A stretch of 64,000 nt of DNA from Phoronis australis. Its lineage: Eukaryota; Animalia; Phoronida. Under the pieces are notes generated by a model. It had not been told where the DNA came from. It worked only from the letters and a program-made list of their open reading frames with translations, and ran no database searches. The position numbers and the translations under genes were made by a program. Below, in pieces: positions 1-12,100 of this stretch (within the stretch, counting starts at the first letter, position 1; each line of letters opens with the position of its first letter). Location: positions 43,608-107,607 of the forward strand of contig NMRA01000649.1 in the NCBI GenBank assembly GCA_002633005.1, written 5' to 3'.

Positions 1-1725
1 GGCGTAGCATTGAGCGACACGCTATCAGGCTAGTCAACTCACATGTCTTTCCAAATAAGGAATTCAGTACAGTCTGTATCTTGAGTACACGCTGGAGACT
101 GGAAAGAGGATAGTTGTTGCCTTTTTGTTATCCTCTTGTCTTCAATTGACTTTTCCAAGTGTCGTTCCTCAGGGGCCCTTTCATTTTACAGTAATTTCAA
201 CTTATCTCACAGGAAATTGTCAAAATTAATCTTACTGGAAACAAAGGAAACTTCACGAAATGTTAATTATAAAATATGCACAGCACAAACCATGTTAGTA
301 CGGTGATAGACTAAATTTTGTATCTTTATTTTTGCATAAAAAGTTTAACAAAATAGACTTTGAATTGTTGGCCATTTTGTTTGCTAAATAACTGAAGAAT
401 AACTGTAAAACATTTTTTTAATTTCAAAGCCACGCTTTGATTATTTTTTTACAGTCATACCAGCGGGAGACTTTCAACTAGCAACGTGCTGACTGGTTCC
501 GTACGACCTGATACCAGTGGCCTCTAGAGAATTGTGAAACTGTCTTTTCACGAAATCAAATCATTCCCCTATGCCTCCCTCTGTGACAGCTAGGTGGCGA
601 TAAAAGTCACGGGTCCCACGTGATCAGCCCACATGGACTCCTTAAAGTATCCCTTTTGTTGAGCGTATTTTGGTTAGCCTGCTTGGCATGCTTTAGCATA
701 TCTCAGGTGTTCCGACCAGCTTTATTACTGATAGGATTTCATTAGCAGGTATTGGAAATTGGTGAAGTCTTAAAATTTGGCTTTCATTGTCAGTATGCCT
801 TACCCTTTCATTTTGGAAGAGTGTCTGTGTATTGAGATGGTAGTTAATCTGTTATTGACATCCTCTTTATAATCCTGGTCTGTGTTAAGCATCAGCTTCT
901 GCCCAATTCATTCTGTTATTGTATTCCTATATACATGCTCTCTTGTTTTCATGAGGGATTTCCCTAGTTTTCCATTGTAATATTGCCATCGATTCCTGTG
1001 TCACCAGTAAAGTACTGTTTGACCAGGCATAAGCTATGGTCTTGAGACGGTCAAGCAACCAGGTAGGCAGTTGTTATATTTGGCACATTAGGAGAATGTG
1101 TAAGTCATTCCGTTTATTGGAAAAATTCATCAGTTTTTTATGCAATTGGCAAACAAATTTGATTCCGTTTCTCGTCATGAAAAAATTTCAGAAAAATTTT
1201 CTGGGGTATTTGCAGCTGTCACCGAAGCAGTGTTCAAAGTTTGAGCACATTTCCTCAACAACGATGCCATTTTCATAACAACGGATGTGAAAATCGGTGA
1301 GCAGCTTTTGTCTTACCTGTTAATGACTAGGAAAACAAGTCTTTCTCTTCATCCATTACGGCAGGGAAAGTGATACGCTTGTGGTAGTCTTAAAATACAA
1401 AACCTTTGTCAACAGAAACATGAAAAAATATAATGTAGGCAAGCATAATCTGATAATCAGGTAGTTGATAGTTGACAAGTGGCAGCTGTTGGTACATTAC
1501 TTGGAGGTTAAAGTTCATTTTCCAGTCCAGTGTGTAAGGTGTTCTTCATCAGCCTTCAAGTAACAGCTGTCACAAGTCACAACAATCAGGAAAGCATCTC
1601 CATACCAAAGCAAGTCTAATTAGATATTTTAATTCTTCGTTTGTTTTCCACCTAACAAGGTGTAAAATTAATATAAAATCTTATTTTGTTTAATTTATTT
1701 ATCTATGGCTATGGATGTGAAGGAA

Positions 1726-1958
1726 CGGGCTTGGAATTTTCCTCTTTTAAGATGATTTCCTCTTTTTTGTTTTGATTTCATCTTATTTGATTATCAGTTT
1801 CCTCTTCTTGTCTCTTTTTTATCATTACTTTGACTTTATTCATGCAAAAATGTTCATAAAAAATTTACAACGCAAACAATATTTCTATCACACAAGCCTA
1901 TTTATTTGTGGAACGATACATCACCTGGAAATTTTTCCTCTTCACATTCCAAGCCCTG
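1726..1958. mobile_element. MITE with (C)AGGGCTTGGAAT termini (hAT-like)
   Basis: Ends CGGGCTTGGAAT...ATTCCAAGCCCTG, with AGGAA on both flanks. Same TIR as 30467 and 33280 but an unrelated interior. Confidence 0.6.
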
Positions 1959-2012
1959 AGGAAAATTTATTGTGACACAGCTTGAATTTTTCTTACTGTC
2001 CAAATTGTGCTG

Positions 2013-2530
2013 CAGTATTCAAGCTTGGTCAGTATTCAAGCTTGGTCAGTATCCAAGCTTGGTCAGTATTCAAGCTTGGTCAGTATTCAAGCTTGGTCAG
2101 TATTCAAGCTTGGTCAGTATTCAAGCTTGGTCAGTATTCAAGCTTGGTCGGTATTCAAGCTTGTTCAGTATTCAAGCTTGGTCAGTATTCAAGCTTGGTC
2201 AGATTATTCAAGCTCAGTAGACACGTTATTCAAGCTCTGTAAAAAGCTTGGTCAGTGTTATCCAAGCTTGGGCAGTGTCCAAACTTGGTCAGGACTATCC
2301 AAGCTCTGTTGTTATTGTCCTAGCTTGGTCAGTATTATCCTAGCTTGGTCAATATTATCCAAGCTCCGTCAGTCTTGTCCAAGCTCGGTCAGTATTATCT
2401 TAGCTTGGTCTGTATTATCCAAGCTCCGTCAGTCTTGTCCAAGCTCGGTCAGTGTTATCCAAGCTGCGTCAGTATTATCCAAGCTTGGTCAGTGTTGTCC
2501 AAGCTTTGCTGTAGTTTTCCAAGCTTTCTG
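2013..2530. repeat. Minisatellite: 17-bp unit CAGTATTCAAGCTTGGT grading into a 20-bp unit CAGTATTATCCAAGCTTGGT
   Basis: About 11-12 near-perfect 17-mers (2013 to about 2216), then about 14 diverged, mostly 20-bp units. This explains the repetitive ORFs in three frames. Confidence 0.95.
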
Positions 2531-4141
2531 AACTTACCTTAATTCAGGGCTCCACATGTTGCATAATCATTGCATAACCGTATCATGGTTGTATTGGTAT
2601 TCAGTATTCCATACAATCTTCTATGTTATATGCGAATTGGTCATGGGAAAGAGTTATTTCTACCACCAATGGGAAAAACCGAGCCGGGTTTGCTTGGCGA
2701 CCAAATTCTCTAAAGATATAGCAAAATCTTACTAATTACGGACACAATATGAAGGACGTTTTTTCATAAATGATATGCGGTACCAGAGTAATGCTTTGCC
2801 ATATCTAAGTTTTGTACCATAGCTGCCAGCAGAAATATTTTAAAAATTGTGGGCATTAGAAGCCCTTGAAAAAGTGCGATTTTGGCAATTATTTTTGACT
2901 GAAATTGCCGAGATTGTACCGTAGTCCGATTGCACATAATGTTTCTAACCACCAATCTTGTTTACACTTGCACAGCAATTGTTATCAAGATGCAGTTGTA
3001 ATTCGAACTCAGACTTCAATTTTTAAAAAGGTGACTTAAGCCCAAAAGCCCAAAAAGCTACTGATAAACTCCTTAACGAGCCTGAATTTCACTGTTCATT
3101 GGAAGTAATTTTTTTAAGTTAACCCAGCACTGTTTAGTAAGGGGCAATGAAAAAATGAATATCAGATAGTTTTACGTACTGTTAAGGTTGGCCGAAGTTG
3201 GACAAATGTATCTTGCTGTGGTCGTTATAGAACTAGACTCGCTGAATATTTAATCAGTCATAGTACTTGAGTTGGCCTTAGAAATGAAAGGTGAGAATTT
3301 CGACTGTTGTTTTTGTGCGAAATGACTAAAAAAATCGCTGCGTTTGTAAGTACAAGTACGTGTAGAGATAATGTGGTTATTCACCTCACTTCATTGACTG
3401 CTAGCAAATACCGTATAATACACCTTCCTTCAGTCTGTGGTGTTCTGAGTGACCTAGTGGCCAAACTATCAACAACAAAAAACACTGTGAAATGGAGCCA
3501 GCTATGATTAGGAAAAAATATTTCCATTTTCAAAATCACAAAATCTGTCCGAGTTTCGCTCGGATCAATTTTATACGTTCTATCTTCATATGTTGCCAAT
3601 GACAGCTGTTTACTGCCGGGCAAATGTCACTTCTATTGTGAGACTGAATTAAATTGTTCGTATAATATATTATTGAAATGCGACATGATATCATTGGCTG
3701 CATTGAACTGTAGTTGCCAGCTGAATGGAACTGGGTGGACACGGAGTTAACAATTGATTATGTCTTCCATCACGGTAAGAAGGTGACCAACTATCAGAGG
3801 CATTGGAATCGACTTTTTGGCTGGTTAAGACTCCTTAGAATGTTGTTGGCGATTTTCTTTACTGCGTATAGTTGTTTTAGGGCGTACTTAGGACTAGGGT
3901 ACTTTTTGTTTGTCTGACCAAACTTTTTGGCAGAGTGAAATTGGGATGGATTGACAATGTATAAAGCAAATGTTTGTTGTTTGCGTCTTTCTGTTTCCAA
4001 GGTGTTTTATATTGCTTGCAGAATAATAAGCAGATGTACGAACCAAAAAAGCCACCAACGTGTCTTTGAAGGATTCCATGAATTTTTTTCAGGAAATTGT
4101 GGTTGCCTCCCCTCTGCCTTGCGATATCCTAAATTGACCAG

Positions 4142-5936
4142 GGCCCAGTGCTCTCCAATCTCCGTACTCAGACTCATACTCATACTCGAAATTTCATGCT
4201 CAAAATCGTGCTTACTGAAGTCGCACTCAAAAAAGCATATTTAATGTCGCATTTCGAGTAGACTCCAAACGTACTCAAATCTGAGTATCGTACTCGAGTT
4301 GCTATGGAACTCTTTATGATGTGAAATGCAAAACCATGCAGTCGTGCTGATTCAGCGCTCCCTATATTCGCATAGACTACACTAGCAACTACATTATCAT
4401 CTGCTGTCGCTACAATTACAAGAGCCAAACTTAGAATGCTGAGTGTTCTGTAACTGTTATTCATTTTTTCAGTTCCAATACAATTTTCTTAAACCATTTC
4501 TTGATACACTTGCCAATTGTTAAGCTTTACTTCTTGAGTTTGTTATATCCCAAAAATGTCTAAAATAAGAAATTTGTAACAGCTTATCACATCAAAGAAA
4601 GTCACCGCTGGAGTGGAACAGCCACAATCTTAGTGTCTGATTTAGCCAGGGGGGCAAAATGAGTTCATTCTTCCCTACACTTGACACATTTACTCCTAAA
4701 ATTGGCATGGTCACACCGACTATTGACAGCATATTGAAAATTTCTTTCTCAGTAATGCAGTGGTGGACCGGTGACCCCAGGCGGGGGGGAGAGGGGTCCG
4801 GTACCATATCCGTCACAGGCCTGCAACCAACATTTTTAAGGGAGAGTTCGAATTGCACATTTTCTTTGACGGGAGGTCGAATTTGAAAAGTTTGTACCTT
4901 AATTGCCAGTGGTGGCAGTCTTCTCTATTTAGCTGGCTTTCCACGTCTGCCGGAAACACCAGTCAACATTTTTGGGCCTCAGTTGTTTGGTTCCTGGTCA
5001 ACCCCTGTTCTCTCTTGCTAATTTAGTCTTGACATAGAACCTATTGCTGTGTAGGCCTACGCTGATGTCAAAACTTTGATACTGTATCTGCATTTTACCG
5101 GGATGTATCGAGTTAGTTGACATTTGGATGTGAGTTAAAAAACACTACATGTGCAGGCATTCAGAGTTCACGGATGAGACGTCTACTTAAAAATCGGCAA
5201 ACAAAGTCTGGAATACGAATCGGGAATTGAGGAATTATCGATGATTAAAGCTACAATGTGAAATGTAGGCTACCTGACTGGGAAGCAAACTGTCGTTTAA
5301 TTTTCCTCGCCTCCTCATCTTTGAGAAACTGTACAAAGTATTGCACACGCATTGCAATCAGGGCAACCCCCCTCCCACAGCTGCTTTGACACTTGTAATG
5401 ACTCGCCGACATGCGATAAGAATTCAAAAGTTGCCAGGAATCGTAGAGTAAGAAGGAGTTTCAAAATTGGCGGCAATAAAGTGTGGTAATACGGCGAGTT
5501 CAGATGAAGAAGGTTTATAATGAAAAATATTGTCTCAAACTCTGAAATATGGTATGAGGACTTAAATTTACCAGAGATTTGCTGTCAGTGTCTCTCGCTG
5601 GTCTTCTGATATATTCTTCTTTCGCTCGTGGAATAACTTGTCTGTGTCTCACATTCGCCGTATTTATTTCCGAGTACGATTTCAAGCACACTGCCAAACC
5701 AAACTTGAAATTTGGAGCATATACTCGGAATTTTTTCTCAAAATTGTACTCGAAATATAGATGAAATACACTTCACATCAAGTATACTCGAAAATTGAGT
5801 ACTTGCTAGAAATTTCGAGTACAGATTTTTTGAGTATGACATTGAGTACACCAAAGCTGAGTCTGTACTCGAGTTGAGTATGAAGTGTGAGTTTGAGTAT
5901 GATTCGAGACTGAGTACGGAGATTGGAGACTGAGCC
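4142..5936 (-). mobile_element. Degenerate PIF/Harbinger transposon (about 1.8 kb)
   Basis: TIRs GGCCCAGTGCTCTCCAATCTCCGTACTCAG and its reverse complement CTGAGTACGGAGATTGGAGACTGAGCC, 3-bp TSD CAG (4139-4141, 5937-5939), subterminal TACTC(A/G) arrays and an internal transposase remnant. Confidence 0.75.
5272..5476 (-). pseudogene. Harbinger/HARBI1-type transposase fragment
   Basis: The minus strand reads LPPILKLLLTLRFLATFEFLSHVGESLQVSK and then, after frameshift, QFLKDEEARKIKRQFASQSG, resembling the HTH region upstream of the first catalytic Asp in Harbinger transposases. Confidence 0.65.
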
Positions 5937-6670
5937 CAGTTAGATGGGTTCGTGTCTCATACGCAAATGTTTTGAAATTGTATTCATAATTTTCTGCTGG
6001 CACCAGCGTGTTTTCTATTTTCATGCGCGGGAGAGTATTTGACAGAAACAGATTTTATTTAGATTCACACCCATGTCTCAAATGTTTGTATAAGTTCCAT
6101 ATTTTCAGAAGAGACACTGTCTTATTTTTACAGGTTAGGTATGCATCTACAGCAGCTTCAACTAGCCAGACCCACTTTCCTAATTAATTGCCTTATCTAA
6201 TTTTGTCAACACTAGTGCCTACTTTACAGTGATTAAAATTAATAGCCCATAATGCACTAAGACTGTCATGAAATATGCATTCCCATGTCTAGTCTCACCC
6301 AGTTGAGACAGTGGATCATAATTTTATCTTGGGCAAATTTGGTGTTCAGGTTTTGTAAAGTCCTCTCTGTAGAGCCCTGTCACTAGTACATCTGCCTGGC
6401 ATTATCTGTGCACTGTCTGCAGGTCAAGACGTAATAAACTTTTATTGGAACCATGTGTTAGAAAACTCATTTTTTGTGAAAATTGTTACTACACTGTGGG
6501 TGCAGGATGAGGAAAGCTTGACTTCAGTGCAAAATGGCAGATGTTGACGAATATTCAATTTTTCATTTACTCATTAAATGAAAATAACAAAGAATTGGGT
6601 AACACGCAGTTACAGGATTCCCTTGTATTTTGAGAACCAGCACCTCTGATTAACAGAGATCAAGCTAACT

Positions 6671-6755
6671 TTTATTTATTTATTTATTTATTCATTTTTT
6701 AATATTTACAATGAGGGTAGCCCCGACAGTTCTCACTGCTTTCCACGGGGGCCCT
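6671..6755 (-). mobile_element. 5'-truncated LINE/SINE 3' end (CR1/L2-group-like) with (TAAA)n tail
   Basis: The minus strand reads AGGGCCCCCGTGGAAAGCAGTGAGAACTGTCGGGGCTACCCT followed by a TAAA-repeat tail; (C)TAACT is repeated at both flanks. Confidence 0.5.
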
Positions 6756-8313
6756 AACTGGCTATCAAAATCCGGAATCCCTGTAAGTGACTATTGCGAA
6801 ACAATGGACAAAGAGCGTAGATAGAACACCAATTGAGGACAATCATATCACGGATAGATGTCCATCTTCGTAAATGATACGTAGGTGGACATGCGTTTGA
6901 AAAACACTTATTAAAAAAGTAAAAAGTTTTGGAAAGACACCTTATTTTGGATATATGCAGATGGACTGAACTATGTGCATTGAAAGCAACTTAGAAGATA
7001 AAGTTATTCTTGGCTGTGTTTTTATGATGAGAGCTGCAGTTGCATTTCAATGTGGGAAGTGAGCATTCTTGTTGCATAGCTCTGCTGTGTAAAGATGTTG
7101 AATTATTTAATGGCTGTTTAATTGGGAATGGTGTGTGTCACAAGTGATGACAAGCCAAGACTGTCTGAATCATTGATGCCTTCTCCAGGCCTGGGGAATT
7201 CTGGTACAAATCAATGATGAGATTGCATTTCCTACTGAGGCCAAGTGCCCAGAGCTTTTTTTCAGCAAGATCAAAGTGATGTGGTAACTTCAGGCAGTGT
7301 TTTTACTACCCCCTTTACCCCCCCCCCCATCATGTATTACTTCCAGGTTCTCATGAACCACCCATTGCATCGTTTTACATTTCACACTCAAGGGAGGTCC
7401 CATACTAGTGCAGGTTTGGGACGTTTTTAAGCATCTCGGCCATTTTTTTCAGAGATTTGACAAAAGAGAAGAGGTGCAAACAGAAACTCAGAATTTAGAG
7501 TTGAAATGGAAAATATTTATTTTATTCAAGAGCATAGAATGAGTCACAGCAATCAAAGTAGTCTCTTAAATAGGATCATTTAGAAAGTCACTTAACCCTC
7601 TCTGCATTTGCATGTTTACCTTACATTTATTGTTTGTTACTTCATAAAAAGTAATGCTCGGTGTAACTGCACCTCGAGAAACCAAGAATTCAATATCAAA
7701 TATTATTTACAAAATGTTATTAACTTTGAAATGTACTGATGCCATGTTGGAACGGTGTCATTGGCAAATACGTTTTGATTAAATTTGCTGGCTTTTGTAT
7801 GAATTTTTTATCTAGAATTAAGCAAAATAAGTAATTCAAGTTTTGAAACCCCAAATGTAAACATATTTCACGTCATCTGTGGTTGCTTAGGGCGACCAGG
7901 TTTTGGATGTAAAAGATTTTTTCTGCATGTACAACAAAGGTCAGTATACGTTATTTATTAATACTTTAGTGTGTGAAACACTTCTTTCCTTTATGTCACA
8001 AAAAGTTTGTGTAAGAAACAGGATGTTACACAGCTCAACTTATACTTTTCCCTAGTAACTGGTCTCGCATTCTGTTAGGGTTCTTTTACTCCTGCGTGAT
8101 ATTACAACGCTCTCCGAAAAAAACAAGGTTATCTAGTTTACCAAATAACGAGAGCGTGAAGTTTCAAGGAATGGTTATTTAGTATGATCTATGGGGAGTT
8201 CTAGTTTACTGGCCATACGTGTCCAATATGGTCTCTCTGGATTAGACCTCCAAAATTGATACGGTCAACACAAAATGAAATCAGGCTGAGTGTCATATGG
8301 CAATCTTCAACTG

Positions 8314-8375
8314 NNNNNNNNNNNNNNNNNNNNNNNNNNNNNNNNNNNNNNNNNNNNNNNNNNNNNNNNNNNNNN
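8314..8375. other. Assembly gap
   Basis: 62 consecutive N. Confidence 1.
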
Positions 8376-9031
8376 AATGCAGCCTGCCTTTCATAGGTTG
8401 CTGACCCTGGCTTTTGTGCAATTCTTGAATATCTGTCAGTAAAGCCAGGATTTGAACAACCGCAATGTCCCATCAGGAGTAGAAGCTATTGAGCTCACAC
8501 TGACTCCTGGCTTCAGACTAATGAGAGGAGTAAATAAATTTGTTGTCCGAGTCATCCCCATGAGATTATACCGAGTTGAGTGTCCAATTCACCGAGTAAC
8601 GTCAGTTTGCGTGCACTCACAGTTCTAGGCACGTTCTCGGTAAAAGTTCGATTAGGGACTGAGTGAGGTAGAGGCCTGTCATTGGTCTTGCCAGACTTAT
8701 TTAATGAATTGGTGTTTGTGCACGCATGATTTCCACATAGTTTTGTTACGAAAATGATTTTGTAATCATTTACGAATTCAAGTGCTTACCGGTAAATTCA
8801 TCAAGAAATAATCATTGCCATTAATGGCACTGTTTACTGTAGCTCTCAACACTATTTAATGCAGTTTTGAACATTATCGCAATTGAAAAACAGCAATTTA
8901 ACAATTTCTGTTTTTATCCCAATTTTAAGATCAATGATCTTTAGGCTAATGGGTTTGAGTTCCATTACCAAAGCCCTCTAAGGTATTTTTGATTTGTCAC
9001 CCTCAGTGTGGATTTTTTCTCGTTTTTGCAG

Positions 9032-9134
9032 GCCATACGCTGCACAATTCCCTCATGTGCGTGTGAGTGTTTTGCGCCGGGAAAGTCATCCCTGAGGCTG
9101 TGTCATACTTGTCAACATGGATGGGTCGCACATG
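9032..9134 (+). CDS. BNC2: Basonuclin exon (Cys-rich N-terminal region, 103 nt)
   Basis: ttttgcag|GCC ATA CGC TGC...CAT G|gtaagt; encodes [34 protein letters not shown]. Too short for the ORF track. Confidence 0.92.
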
Positions 9135-12100
9135 GTAAGTTGCATTGGTCATTAATGCTGAACTCGAGTATAAAAATTGTCAGATAAATCCAAATATTGA
9201 TTCTTTTTGGACGGAAATTTTATAGCGGGAGCTAGAAGTCGAATGTTCTTAGTTTGGCCAATTCATTGTTAGCACTGAAGGAGTGGAAGAAGCGTAAAGT
9301 ATCTGTTGCAATTTTGTTCGAAACCTGTGTAGGTAAATTTTTTTTATGATCCACAGACAGATGCATAAATTTGTGGTTGAATTTCACCAATTTTGGACAA
9401 TAATAATTGCCAATAATGATATTTTTCTGTTTTTCTGATTTAAGATAGCTATGGCACTGAACCTAAAATAGTAAAGCATTTATTTGATAAAATGTATATT
9501 ATAAAAAATGAAAAAGCAATATTTCATTTGTCCACCATATTGTGTCACGCTAAATTGGTCATAGTGAGACTTGAATGTACTTGTGTGAGATTGAAATTAA
9601 GAGGTCACTTTTTCTACTCTAAACTGCTATTATATTCAGTGGATATGCTAGTGCATCTCAGTGGTTTGCCAGATGGTTACTCATTTGCATATTTACAGTG
9701 TCAGAGGCGTGCAGTGTCATTGTGGCTTATTGTTATGAACTTCATTTGCAAAAGAGTTGGTTATATTTGGGTCTGTTGATAGGACAACATATTGCGTTGG
9801 TTGTGGAATTAATTAATATCTTCTAAAAGTTCTTGAAATATTACAAAAATTGAAATACACGAGAATGTTTGTATCTAGTTGACTAGTGTGGGCAAACTTT
9901 GGATAGACAAAAATCTCACTGGTTTAGGACACAATGTGTCGGACAGGTGGTATTTTATTTTCTAATTTTTTCATAAAAGATAATGCAGCATCAGACTTAT
10001 ACTCATTACTGTGATCGAGCTTCGTTACCATGGCAATCTTCAGAAAATATTCCAAAAATTTGTGAGCAATCACAACAATGTTAGAAGACGTTGAAAAAAT
10101 GAAAAAGATCGTCATGGTAATTATTTTTAGCCTATATTGGCGAGATATCACCGTAGAGACACTGGACTTCTGTTTTTGAAAACGGGCATGTAAAGTTAAC
10201 TTAAAATTCCGTTTTTTTTTTTCATTCTGATAAATAAATTATTTGCATAAACATTTCTGGGAGTTGCTTTATTCTTTCTGTTGCTGATAATTTGCTGCGC
10301 GTCTGATGTTGATTGTTTCTCAACTGGCGGAAACCAGAAAACGAATAGCATCACCTTCAGGAAGAATGCGCAACTACATGAACATGTTTGCTGAAAAGCG
10401 TTTGTTGACTGAGTTTTGACCAGAAGCAGTGTTGTGTAACGAATTCATACACATATTTGATATTCGGTAATGAAAAAAAAAATTTAGAATTCTGGTATCT
10501 ACTGATTAAATATGTTATTTTCATTCAAAACTTTTAATGCTACGAAAAAGTCTGATGTCAAGAATTTCATCTGTAATGCGTTATCGTCTAGATTCACTAT
10601 TTGTAGGCCTCGCCCAGTATTTCATTTTCAGTAATCCAATATTCGATCTTGACTCGAGCAATTTGATGTGACATTTAGTGTGTGTTTTACACAGAATCTT
10701 CGAAATTTGGAATTTGTGTTTTCAGTCACCTCAAGCAAAAGTTCTCTGTTTTTTCACTCTGGCATTGCTGTCAGTAGCGTGTGCAATCGATTCCAATGTT
10801 TGCTCTGCTAAATCCAGGTGACACTTGAATACTGTAAATTTGCCTTAAGTTTGTTTATGACACAAAGAGCTGAAAATGTAAAATTTCCTGTTGTCAGTTT
10901 CTCAACAAAAGATTTCATAATGAAATTTTGAGTAGTTGCTAAATTGTGAAGATTTGGAATTGAAATTGGCAATTTTAGCAACTATCTGTGTTGAAAATTG
11001 AAGTATCAACCCATAGCCATCGGGAGTCCAGTTCGTTGACTCAAAGTTGGTGAATGACTTTAACACAAGACAGAGTTTAGATAGAGTCGGTCAGCGTTAG
11101 TCTGATCTGCCTGTTAGAGTAGTGGGCACTTACTGCCTGTCACTGTGGAATCTTGTCTTGTTAACTTGGGGCTGTCGCCTTTTTTGGTCTGACTGTTATG
11201 TGGCGGGATGTCATGTGAAATATGATAGCACAACTGTGTAGCTGGGATTGTTGTGTTTGCTGTCGTGGGGGCATGTCTGGATTGGACAATGGTCTTACTA
11301 TTATTTTGTTAACTAGTGACAAAATCTGGCACATTCACTAAAATTTTATTCTGGGTAATTCTAGGTTTGATAATTTTGAGCTGTCTTTTCTCCTGATCGT
11401 GTCTCTAAGCCGTGCTAACTCACTAAAAAGAAGATTTTGCATATCGAGAAGGTTATTTTCTGTTTTGAGATGCAATTCGTTAAGAATCTGGTTTGAAATG
11501 TTGAGAACCATAGTTTAGTCCTGCTCACACAATTAAGCATAAACGTTTTAAAGTTTTTTAAAATTGGAACAAGTTTGAAAGTAAGCTTCAGGACATTTTC
11601 TAATGTTGATTGAGATCGTTTTGTTGTTTTATAGCGCTTCATTTTATTTCATTTTACAATGTGTTAGGGGGCATTTTAGGTACTCGCGTCAATACCTCTA
11701 CTCAACTTGACGATAACTATCTTAGTTGCCTCAATGTTTTTCTATGCGCCATGTGTCTTTGGGCGCTCAAAATCAATAATATTCCTGTGACACATTAATA
11801 ACTGTTTTCACAGCTGTAAGATTTGACATAATTTTGTTAGGAATGATTCAATGCGACTTTATGCTGTGACAACAGCTGTTTGTGTGTGTCCAGTCTGTTC
11901 AACACACAGCAGTAATGCAGTTGTGGACTCTAAGCACACCCCTTGCTAATCTTAGGACCTTAAAATTCTTTTCTTAAGAGTATGGTAGGTTGTTGCTGAC
12001 TCGAGTGTACTGCCTCCCTAGAATCACTGCGCTCATTGTCAGGATTTCATCAGTTATAATGCTAAGTCTTGCGACTATTTTCTTGTTTGATATTGTAGTC

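Noticed and set aside
2013-2530. CRISPR array, or repetitive protein ORFs (1972..2220, 1982..2242, 2007..2531)
   Set aside because: Units are head-to-tail with no unique spacers, there are no cas genes and the context is eukaryotic. The ORFs arise because the unit lacks stops.
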